Positions 43,401 through 49,610 of a stretch of DNA of 64,000 nt are shown piece after piece. Position 1 is the first letter of the stretch. Every line of letters begins with the position of its first letter. Below the pieces are notes generated by a model. The model saw only the letters and a program-made list of their open reading frames with translations, made no database searches and was not told where the DNA came from. The translations under genes and the position numbers were made by a program. This stretch comes from a virus, in IMG/VR virus record IMGVR_UViG_3300017917_000894, positions 1 to 64,000 of that record; one strand, written 5' to 3'.

Positions 43401-45591
43401 ACACTTCATCAACTGCATCTATCGGCAACAGTTGATCGTCGACCTTTTCTAAAAGTCGAATAAAATTCATTTTATATTGAATATACTGATCAGCGCCGTG
43501 TCGGAGTGCAGTTACTAAATTATGCTCAGATTTACCTAAAAATATTTCAGTAAATGCAATAGGATTTTTGTTAATAACTAAACGCTTACCATATTTTGAA
43601 ATATCAGCTATGTCTCGTAGGTTTCCTGTGCCGGGAAATTGTCCTTCAAACGAAGAAATTTTTCCAACCATAGTTCCAACATGATCAGATAGTTCGCTAA
43701 GAGTAAAATCAGCAATATCAGAATTTAAAGGATTGTTAGTTAAACTTAAAGGGGTTTCATAATACCCATTGCCATTAGGTATTTGATCAGTAAAAATTTC
43801 AAATTTTACCACATCATTAACTGCTAAAGGTTCTGCAAAGTTTACTTCAATAGAATTTCCAAATGCCGTAGTGCTAGTAACTCTAGAATTGTTTACATAA
43901 GAAATTATTTCTGTAGATGTAATATAAGGTTTATCTAAACTTGTAATAAACAAAGTACTGGTAGACTCTTCTACTGTTTGTAATTCAACGATAGGAATTT
44001 GCGTATCTTCTGCAATTTTCCAAACATTGATCAAAGACTCTGTATCATCAATATTATTAATTTTTAGATAACCGATGCCAGTTTTTATGACTCGACTCTT
44101 ACCGCCTTCGGTAATATTAACAGTGTCAGTCATAAAATAATTGTGGAACAAATAACTTCCTATTCCTATGCTATTTTGATATTTTAAAGGAAACCCTAAA
44201 ACTTCATCATTGACTCCTGTCCCGATAGCATACCCGAAAATCTTAGTTCCCTGAAAATCATTGATCGACCCTGCTTCGGTATAACTAATTCCATTTGTAT
44301 CGTAAAGATCAAAAAGAGGTGCTTGATTTAGTCTATCGTGTTGTTGACTTAATTTCCAAGTTAACTCGGCTTCAGAATAATAAAAACTTTTACCTCCATA
44401 AGCAGTTCCGTAATTAACAGATACAGAATCCATATTATCTGGAGTACTGACCAATACTAAATTAATAGTTGGTGTTTCACCTAGTGTAAAGTCAATTTGA
44501 TAAATTTTATTTTTAATATCTTCATTACTGTCGGCAGTAAAAATAACACGCTGTCCTTGCTCTAATAAGATACCGTCAACATAATATCCAGCAGCACCCT
44601 GAACTGTAGCAAGTGCATTTTCTGTAGTATCATCAATTACATCTACATTTTGTTTTCCGATACGACCAAAGTTATACAATTGAAGATTTGCTTTAAATTC
44701 AATAATTGGTCTTCTAGCCTTAGCCTGTACTGATAATTCTAAGATCTGATTATTAATTTCAGCTGATATTTTAAGAACATCTTTATGGAACCAACGATTA
44801 TATCTAGTCCAAGGATTTAAATCTCGACTGGCCTTGTTAATTGTAATATATTCGGGATCGACAGGTAACTTAACGTCACTGTCGTATGGATAATCATCAA
44901 ATCCGTCAGAGTCAAATGTTTCGTTATAAACAGTTGCATAATTTTCGTTGACTTGCAGGTTATCAAAATTAACCAGTTGAATCGCTGATCCAACTCCTTC
45001 TACAATGTACTCTCTTCCTTCGACAATTGTTGCAGTAGTCGAAGCAGTTGATTGTGTAAAGACAACTTTCAATCCGTTTGAAACTTCGTGTCCGCTAGGT
45101 AATGTAAAAGATGGTTGATTAATTAAATTGACTAGAACGTCAAATGAAGTATTGTCGATAAGAACAGCATCAGGACCATTAGGCATCCAATAATAATCAC
45201 TATAGTTGATTAATTTGTCCCAATCAATTAAAGGATCATACGAATAGTACGAAGACCTTAAAATTTTATCTAAGTTTTCAGTTTTTGCACCTTGAATAGT
45301 TAGTTCGTTGATAATGTCGTCAAAACCAATAACGTCATTGATGTTATTAATAGAGTCTTTAAAAACAAGTGCAGGTTCTAGTTGATAATTTTTTCGTAGT
45401 GGTAGATCTTCTTTTAGATAGATATCGGTTGTTGGATTATAATTAGGAGTTAATTTTGAACCTACATAACCATCGATTCTTTCAAGCTGAGGGGTAGCAA
45501 TTAATTGATCAATGGTGCTAGATAAAAATTTTCTATTTTTATCTGATCGTAAATGCTCTGGTAAAAAATTAACCGATTTTTTATCTGACAT
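31477..45591 (-). CDS. giant 4704-aa baseplate/tail structural protein
   Basis: Uninterrupted 14.1-kb ORF after gp6, with beta-propeller-like GAP repeats, carbohydrate-binding-like repeats, NPGxGY repeats and EVKPYRTK. Confidence 0.85.
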   Translation of the reverse strand: MSDKKSVNFLPEHLRSDKNRKFLSSTIDQLIATPQLERIDGYVGSKLTPNYNPTTDIYLKEDLPLRKNYQLEPALVFKDSINNINDVIGFDDIINELTIQGAKTENLDKILRSSYYSYDPLIDWDKLINYSDYYWMPNGPDAVLIDNTSFDVLVNLINQPSFTLPSGHEVSNGLKVVFTQSTASTTATIVEGREYIVEGVGSAIQLVNFDNLQVNENYATVYNETFDSDGFDDYPYDSDVKLPVDPEYITINKASRDLNPWTRYNRWFHKDVLKISAEINNQILELSVQAKARRPIIEFKANLQLYNFGRIGKQNVDVIDDTTENALATVQGAAGYYVDGILLEQGQRVIFTADSNEDIKNKIYQIDFTLGETPTINLVLVSTPDNMDSVSVNYGTAYGGKSFYYSEAELTWKLSQQHDRLNQAPLFDLYDTNGISYTEAGSINDFQGTKIFGYAIGTGVNDEVLGFPLKYQNSIGIGSYLFHNYFMTDTVNITEGGKSRVIKTGIGYLKINNIDDTESLINVWKIAEDTQIPIVELQTVEESTSTLFITSLDKPYITSTEIISYVNNSRVTSTTAFGNSIEVNFAEPLAVNDVVKFEIFTDQIPNGNGYYETPLSLTNNPLNSDIADFTLSELSDHVGTMVGKISSFEGQFPGTGNLRDIADISKYGKRLVINKNPIAFTEIFLGKSEHNLVTALRHGADQYIQYKMNFIRLLEKVDDQLLPIDAVDEVLKLINKNKDNRSPYFRSDMIPYGSDRTVKEYTVGPLINRTYSLGIEYNPSALSFQAVTVYVNDDQLIIGRDYTIDSIDESITISSALTSTDIVKIYTYSNTQGSYVPYTPSKLGLYPKFEPEIYFDESYQDSPIKLIRCHDGSVIKAFDDYRDVLILEFEKRIFNNIKVEYNSKIFDVLAVIPGAFRNDKFSRQDAIDILTKDFIRWAGSYNVDFETNSTFIDGSPLTYNYNQALDTIFGESIPGNWKGIFEYFYDTVRPNTHPWEMLGFTSEPSWWQSTYGSAPYTSNNTVLWNDLENGFVRGTGEYRNDFKRSGLISIIPVDSAGNLKSPDTFLVSDSSYQSKKGPWKFGDYGPAEFAWRRSSSYPFALSILAALFNPSTYTSVMFDVSRLSFNNSDQLLYSNELYIAPSKLILDNDNNQAAGFGNLIIEKGNQVDLNYIQILTRDLTYCDFNLFYKLGGFSSKEKLQVIIDSIDPVSTGKGALLPPEDYSLILNVSNPIKAARISGIIVQLVNGKFVVRGYDKTNPYFQIYKPIKTNNSQSITVGGVSAPFVDYIEVVPYGNNGLTAADLTSAQTNTTKYYKQGQIVRYNDQFYRVKTGHTASADFDPNLFQRLSGLPIVGGVSAELPTGYENKITIIPYGTEFDNHQAVFDFVLGYGRFLEQDGFIFEEYNTDLLEVLDWTYTGKEFLYWTTQNWSEGNLITLSPFANSLQFKFSNSVVDNITGKNYEYSLLGADGRAFPREKFTLSREDGVCTISTVDTQDGIFFAVLHLVQKEHGMVFNNTTIFNDTIYDIESGYRQRRVKLSGFKTANWNGDYSSPGFIFDNVQIAEWQEYTYYQVGSVVRYNGSYYEAVINVDPVESFDFNKWAKLYEKPVPDLLPNFDYKINQFEDFYSLDIDNFDSVQQQLSQRLVGYTQRPYLSNIFTNPITQYKFYQGFIREKGTRNAIDKISKAGTFTRQGIIDYKEEWAIRAGNFGGFETYKEYEFALEESTERENPYIVKFVNTDPTDKNPLINYTSSTGLLIKPNDFDASQIFSVYSDSTFIDNNIKLLSAGYVNPDHVVATAYNKDSLLDIANNSAVKDRDTIWLGFLENGDWDVYRYTRQKAKISGVFVSAPAEEITFVTDFHHGLLVGDIVSVVAFNNQVNGVYRVTGVPELNQFTVASELSTIVNEELLAFGALFKFETARFSDFEQISNVKNLFRLGQGDKIWIDQAPEKWAVYEKVDNYKVALTVNSPAIPSAQQLGHTIYANEDSPIVLISSPSWSLPIYDSEGRIAVFERFEDEVSKQFEYILNSDGKIYCENNTATDFGYSLGYDINKELFLAGAPAASKVRSSTSTTATIVVSTGTGTFKSFDNQGLIKISSRKQLIDFEETKLVLLAPGTYSDTTEKAANLRYGHSLYTNQVSAQNSTTFLVGAPGDGVVNTSTGHVFCYYINTTTTGSVLVTQHSQGIVLNSNVILDSKSQFGEKISGSTNGNFIAVSAPGHVEGTTATGVVQIYNANLSWKQTLYSPFGTTDVFGHDIEVSPSGKFLIISSKETREAGQVYGKIAIYTATNLTSTGTYVLRQIIENPETTNDLKFGQSISISKDELSLVVSSIGVNRSKQSQFDINTRDGETTFDSDTTRFFSPISDAGSVYLYNNFGDYFVIADELKNNNIVDGSRYGYSLATTNRSIFVGAPWYAEGTGEDKSTFFQYTKIDQNKTSWNLLAYQEDLVDVNTINRVALIDSKNETIIEYLDAIDPIKGKVAGIAEQEIKYKTAADPAVYTIGTVGTVNDDQTNWIDEHVGELWWDVSTAKYMWYEQGSEIYKKNNWGRLFPGASIDVYEWVKSDLLPSEWAAQADTNEGLVRGISGQPKYPDNSILSVKQVWNSLTNSFNNVYYFWVKNKVTVPDVKNRRISSYQVASLIADPVANGIKHVMVLAKDSVAFANINTSLVGSYIHANIAVDSTNNSVPRHTEWILIREGDPNSIPTPLLNKKLFDSLLGHDEQGKLVPDPDLSFRSKYGIGIRPQQTLFKDRLQALRNLIDYTNSVLIDEKITGNFSFENLLSFEQIPDITDQEYDLLIDDISELELIDTTKFERAQLVCDLYNGKIVSVEITNPGFGYSVAPTVKIASNTGNGAVIKTEIDAVGRVVGATIEDNGQNYVDITLEVRSHSVVVSADSNYGGRWTKHDFEYRNRYWIRTRTQSYNTPLFWKYVDWIKDTYDGYKDYRYVVDNTYELSRITEIDPGDYVKIKNYGDGRYIILERVADDQVGDYSTSYDIIYSERGTIQILDTIWDYTQSDYSYDVGTLEETLYDQLPDLELNFILTALKDDIFIKNLKVYWNLFFFKALKYALTEQKLLDWAFKTSFISVTNTIGELDQRSVYKLDNEKYFEEYINEVKPYRTKVRNYVSEYTYLENTGIHTTDFDLPSYYNPLTGNFETVSLGNSLLNEYPRKDWYDNYKYEVTDVLIANGGSGYTQRPIVVFTTATGDTGSGAAAEAYLRNGEIYNIVVTNPGSGYVTPPIISLINGGSNVVSATMSVVIGNNPVRKNNIKLKFDRIGLNNEIGESVITETFTCPGEVSSFELKWLADPDKSTIVPLLDKKLVLGADYTIEYYRVRDNGSTKKYCRFKFLNYLPGLGQTLQVTYKKNIELYNAVDRIDNFYNPTEEMPGKELPLLMSGAEYSSSVIQGLTFDYSPPWGQGIYDVNSAWSDLTDYYASSYLIKTAPYGTSTLFLSTLTGISVGQKITLTNTATNYIKKNMSVASVNTATKSINLTDYRFRIKRIWADTLTTTGTVVFYTTEYFGGDIKVGDIADISGVNNATLTGFNGRYVVTGVGNDRFTAVGTGSHATSVLSTTSARTLSTTASVYIPSVLQEINTWTVYEIYRNIDTVSNTSTVFYDTGIPYNAASTASVYLNGDTNSLPNYPVLAEYYLTSATATGNLGVTIFLQGTTNILDVVVHGYPKIEFWKDNFNVNGVDTELSAGSWDSAGNFVGALGVSPVDLVRDGAGFISVEHGHAPEEHVKGNVLDSVGISVYTQDNFSSPLVVSGTVPVYQGVTSVSKLSQKINEAVGITVEYKGAIFDRLTETPDPETVGPYYSPEAAVPIGVTGSPIASAAGDDTFTGPYSLGFGWNMFGTVYNEVYVGTNGYLTFGGGDNEYTPLNINALENPSIMVMYCDLWQAIGIFDQPLENGQAPGLWFDSGTVGNFNYWRLRFQGSHYQYRNNSPELPTYQYEVGLYSDGTNQYVEMIFENTWREVATLTNEPGFITGIASPNGAENVEVSWTSIQNNTSHVFYSTSDGGDWRYAGQGRFDPNKDPFNFTATNQFFVYEDKLYIAPQLSDGRAGYTMITMGGSYYLDSNIASVVGESSVAIPSLSSIEDVKSAYVTVNGVQIDSINTTTDYGYMLEPYGDNNNRASVKIYNMSTGSVNAQAWFFGINYPEFNGMWTEIFAIDTATSLLTITNMVSTLEPISSQILVEHEPSFGQGRYRLYPPDVTYYQIGGNQLTYDIGPEMQPPGTYDINNVKVYANGVQLRSGFDYTVDGNNGQIVLAYGLLANGDTIAIESLLDYDYVVMGNQVIFSNPSQLASGSVKLTTFKDNSGIMLRSERFNGNASGRYVLSLPALSASYIWVYINGSQITAGSQYELLPDLKTVQLSELIVADPGDEILITVINSPKNTNIVLGYRMFKDIFDRNNYTRISEFYSTRLTKELNVDDIEIEVEDSSRLIPPNPAQNVPGVIYIDSERVEFFEKRDNKLSNLRRSMYGTGPATFSEIGTKVVDQSLQQQIPYADKMFKQYHVTSSTTGTYVLTTVTNTYNTYTFVISTSSFEFNTGSIYASWGDGVQLKNSAAYKDQITVRYGGRPLRKNSIEVHDRTVSYYTTVTSLVTLPPEFEVEYNSTTGNYELKLNIADFVPGVRVDIGHTTGTVWQGTMTSLLVADSIQAEFIRFKTAELPDEYYYGGTPALTDNANFELTDDDDNPLEGY

Positions 45592-45592
45592 A

Positions 45593-48500
45593 TTAACTTC
45601 CGGTACCTGTTTCTATATTTGACAATTTAAGCTGTGCTGCGGTAATTCCATCAATAACTTCAATATCATTGATTGAAACTCCGCTAATAAAAATTTCATC
45701 CGACTGGCATGCTACTTCATAAAGGCTACCAAAACTATTATTATTTTTAGGAACAATAACAAAGTTTGTAATATCTGGTGTGAGACTATTCATCACATAC
45801 GCAGACAACTCGCTAAAATAAAATGTTTGTCCAAAGTTCCAATTTTCTAAAGCAAAAAATTGATTTATCGCATTTAATATTCTAGTTTTAATATCATTAT
45901 CAGTTGTTGCTCTATCTTGATTTCTAACTGCCTTAAACACTGCCTGAAGATTTGCTTCTGCTGTATTGCCAAACAATACTTTGTATTTTACAGGATGAAA
46001 AACAATTTCATCGCTAATTGCTTTAATTGGCTCTAGCTTTGATCTATAATTAGTTTCTAAACTTTGACTTGTTGGAGGTAAAGGTTTTGCATCTAGGTTA
46101 CCTGATAACCAACTTCTGTATTCGTTATCATAAGAAACTGTTAAAACGTATACATCAATTAAATTTGTCTTAGATGGGTCGACTCGTCTGTCATCTCCGC
46201 TGTTATGTACATAATGAAATTTTAGATCAGAACGACCTTGTTTACCAACATATTCATCGGTATAAACTAATGATGATGTTAAAGTTGACCAGTACTTGAC
46301 TACATTTTCATTTACGCCATAAAAATAAAATAAGTCGCCGTCATTAATAGGTTGGCCCAAAGATTCTTGATTGAGTTTATAAGAACTCCAAGAAGTTTCA
46401 GTTTCGATAGCATCTCTCACAGTTTCGTCAAGATTATATCTTAGACCGTCTGCTTGCTTTTTAAAATATATAAAACTGCTGCCGACAATTCTTTCAAAAG
46501 AATCAGGATCTGATATTTGACCAGTATTGTTGTTATCATAAAAACTAATAACAACTTTTTTCGGATCTATATAACCGTCGCTTTCAACAACAGCCTTATC
46601 AATCTGCCAAACTAAATCAGTGCCTATCTGTCCGGATAGATTAGAAGACTGCACCCATACACCAGATTCATTTTTAAAAATTTTGTTTGTCACAGTATTA
46701 ACGTAGAAGTCTCCAGACAACCCTAAAGAGCTTGAAGGATTAGACCCGCCGCCATACCATGTAGAATTAGTCGCAGGTTGAGGGTTTACAGACAATACTT
46801 CAATTTTATCTTTAATAACAGTGTTAGAAATAAAGTCGTAATTAATAGAAGATTGATCGACAAAGAAAGATACTTGATCTTTACTCTCAAATGTATATTC
46901 TAATGTGCGATACCTAACTCGATATTTTTTGCCTGTCCAAGTAAACGAAATAAGCCAACTAGAATCTAAACCAAGATCTTCAACATTGTTTTGTGTACTT
47001 AGACTAAACTCGTCAGTAAGATTAACATTAGAATTTAAAATTAACGACCAACTTCTTGACACATTGTCGATTGTTAATCCAAAATTTCTTTGTGATTGAC
47101 AGAAATTAACAATTTCGTTTTCTAATGCAAATCCTAGAACGCTTACATACTTAGGTAACACTTCTACGGGAATAGCACCGCTAGGAACTTTTGTTCCTAA
47201 AATTATAGGACCAGTTCCGTCATCCAATCGACCAATACCGCCGTTTGATCCATCGCCTATTATCTGTTTAACAGATGCCCAAATATATGTTTTTCCGTTT
47301 GCTGGTAAAACATTGTTTGACGGAATATTTTTTAAATTATTATTTTGATCAAAGTACTTTCCGTTAGGACTAATAAATTTTATTAGGGCGCCTGCTTCTG
47401 AATATCTTAAATTAGATTCAGAAAAAGTACCGACAGAAGTGGGGCCAGCTAAACTATTAAAATAACCCCTACTTTGTCCAGGAGTGACATTTACTTCTAC
47501 CCACGTTAAACTCAGACTAGACAGATTATAGTAATCATATTTGTCATAATAAAAAGATCGCATTGCAGCCGAAGCTACAATTTCAGATAGATTATTTTTT
47601 ATGATTGCAGTAATTTGATTTCTATTTGTAAATTCAAATTCAAAAAATTCTTCTTTAAAATTTTTGTAAAGTATACCGTCAGACGCAAATACATCCACAG
47701 GACTGTATCTTCCTGTGATATCTTTAATATCAAAATATTTGCTTAATCCGCTAGATACTCTGTTTACACTTTTTACCTTTAGAATGTCAGTACCGGCAGT
47801 TAGAGGACCAATATTATAATCCTCGCCAGTAATCATTCTGTTCTGCAGATAATAGGCCTGCGGTGCCTTGAGCTGTATGTTAGCATTTGTTTCAGTGCCA
47901 GCGGCATTAGAAACTGTATACTGCAAGCTCATTGTTAGTTTAAGTGTGTGAGATTGCCCTAGACCGTTTAAGTAAGGAACAGAAATTTCTATTCCAGTTA
48001 ACTGCTCAGGTTTAATGACATAGTCTAAGCCGTTACTTTGACGATAGAACAATCTAAAATCACCTTTAGGTAAATCTCCGAATACTCCATCAGCAAAATT
48101 TAAATCGATTTGATCTTCATCTCGTGTGCTTACTGCATATATTGTTCTAAGACTATTTTGTAAACTGTTGTAAATGATATTATTTCCCACTAAAGCAGGA
48201 ACCTGAGTCCATAAAGTAGAAAAATTACCATTTTTATCCAATTGCCATAACCAAATATCGGTGTTATTAATATCCGGAGTGTTAACACCTACAATTTCAT
48301 TAGGTACAGGATTATCTAAACTAAAGGTAGCTAAACTTATTGAGCCTTGTCTAAAATGTGTAAAGAATCCGGTATTTTCGCTAGCAGAACCTTTATTGTC
48401 ATTTCTATAAATCATGCTAAATGCGTCTGCAGGCTTAGGAGGTTGTTCGTAAATAAAATCTTTTCCTGCAAAGGTGCAAGGAACGATTTCAAAACTCATA

Positions 48501-49117
48501 GGAATACCGTTAATGTTTTTGTTAAAACTAAAAACAGGAACATCTTCATTTGAGCTGTTTATTTTATACTGCTCTGTATAAATGCCGGTAATAGTATCTC
48601 TATCAGCAGGGTTACCAAAATTTGAAGTCATTGCTGAATTCATAATATTGACAAACTGTTGATACCAGTCTGGATTAGTTGGATCATTCCAGCTGATCAC
48701 TGTATTTGCTAAGTTAGTTCCGTTGCTATCGTAGACATTGTCTGATGTCGAAACCGCAGTAATTTTTAATAGGCCGTTAGCAGGAATATTTCTGGTTGGG
48801 CTATAACTAATTAATTGAGCTAATCTTAAGATGCTATCACGACGCTGTGCTGTTTCTAAGAAGTTTTCTCTAGCATTAAGATCAATTCTAAAACTTAGAT
48901 TTTGTCCGAGATAGGCAATAACGTCAATAAGAGCAATATATTCACTGCTGTCAATAAAATCATTAAATTCTTCAGGATAGTTTTCCTGAAGGTACTGAAT
49001 CATAGTACGGCGTAGCGTTTCAAAATCGTAGCTTTTGAAATCTGCATTTCTAAAAGATTGGTAAATTTTCTTCCAATCTTCTGCTACAAGTACCTTGGTA
49101 TTAGTTGCTGGAATCAT
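45593..49117 (-). CDS. baseplate wedge subunit (gp6-like)
   Basis: DFETLR...FNDFIDSSE...ENFLETAQRRDS; QNRMITGEDY. Confidence 0.85.
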   Translation of the reverse strand: MIPATNTKVLVAEDWKKIYQSFRNADFKSYDFETLRRTMIQYLQENYPEEFNDFIDSSEYIALIDVIAYLGQNLSFRIDLNARENFLETAQRRDSILRLAQLISYSPTRNIPANGLLKITAVSTSDNVYDSNGTNLANTVISWNDPTNPDWYQQFVNIMNSAMTSNFGNPADRDTITGIYTEQYKINSSNEDVPVFSFNKNINGIPMSFEIVPCTFAGKDFIYEQPPKPADAFSMIYRNDNKGSASENTGFFTHFRQGSISLATFSLDNPVPNEIVGVNTPDINNTDIWLWQLDKNGNFSTLWTQVPALVGNNIIYNSLQNSLRTIYAVSTRDEDQIDLNFADGVFGDLPKGDFRLFYRQSNGLDYVIKPEQLTGIEISVPYLNGLGQSHTLKLTMSLQYTVSNAAGTETNANIQLKAPQAYYLQNRMITGEDYNIGPLTAGTDILKVKSVNRVSSGLSKYFDIKDITGRYSPVDVFASDGILYKNFKEEFFEFEFTNRNQITAIIKNNLSEIVASAAMRSFYYDKYDYYNLSSLSLTWVEVNVTPGQSRGYFNSLAGPTSVGTFSESNLRYSEAGALIKFISPNGKYFDQNNNLKNIPSNNVLPANGKTYIWASVKQIIGDGSNGGIGRLDDGTGPIILGTKVPSGAIPVEVLPKYVSVLGFALENEIVNFCQSQRNFGLTIDNVSRSWSLILNSNVNLTDEFSLSTQNNVEDLGLDSSWLISFTWTGKKYRVRYRTLEYTFESKDQVSFFVDQSSINYDFISNTVIKDKIEVLSVNPQPATNSTWYGGGSNPSSSLGLSGDFYVNTVTNKIFKNESGVWVQSSNLSGQIGTDLVWQIDKAVVESDGYIDPKKVVISFYDNNNTGQISDPDSFERIVGSSFIYFKKQADGLRYNLDETVRDAIETETSWSSYKLNQESLGQPINDGDLFYFYGVNENVVKYWSTLTSSLVYTDEYVGKQGRSDLKFHYVHNSGDDRRVDPSKTNLIDVYVLTVSYDNEYRSWLSGNLDAKPLPPTSQSLETNYRSKLEPIKAISDEIVFHPVKYKVLFGNTAEANLQAVFKAVRNQDRATTDNDIKTRILNAINQFFALENWNFGQTFYFSELSAYVMNSLTPDITNFVIVPKNNNSFGSLYEVACQSDEIFISGVSINDIEVIDGITAAQLKLSNIETGTGS

Positions 49118-49165
49118 GTTTTTTAGTATCCGATACCATATTTATGGAAAAATTATCTGGGTATT

Positions 49166-49603
49166 TTATTGTGCCAGAAGTCCTAAGTTCTGATCAAATG
49201 CCAATCGCATTTTAATAGACTGGTCTGTGTTTTTCATTTGCAAAGTAATTTCTATTAAGAATCCTTGCTCGTATTCTCTAATATCAATCTGTAAAGGATA
49301 AACTCTGGGGTCAAAAGTACAAATTGTCTGAATATCTTGCTTGAGTAATTCTCGAACCTTCTCAGTCATTGGTTCCATTATGAGGTCCCATATGATTGTT
49401 CCGAAGGCTGGATTCATCACTCTACTACCCTTCCTGGTATTAAAATGATTTAATATGTCTTGTTTGATTAGATCGAAGTCGTAGAGCTTTGAACCGTAGT
49501 TTGTAGGATCTACGGTACTAAAACCTTTATAAAATTGTTCCTGTCTCTGCGTATGCTGTTGACTATAATTAGGAACATTGATTTCTAAATTCTTGTAGGG
49601 CAT
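49166..49603 (-). CDS. baseplate wedge / sheath initiator (gp25-like)
   Basis: LIKQDILNHFNTRKGSRVMNPAFG...DPRV. Confidence 0.88.
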   Translation of the reverse strand: MPYKNLEINVPNYSQQHTQRQEQFYKGFSTVDPTNYGSKLYDFDLIKQDILNHFNTRKGSRVMNPAFGTIIWDLIMEPMTEKVRELLKQDIQTICTFDPRVYPLQIDIREYEQGFLIEITLQMKNTDQSIKMRLAFDQNLGLLAQ

Positions 49604-49610
49604 ACGTTAT

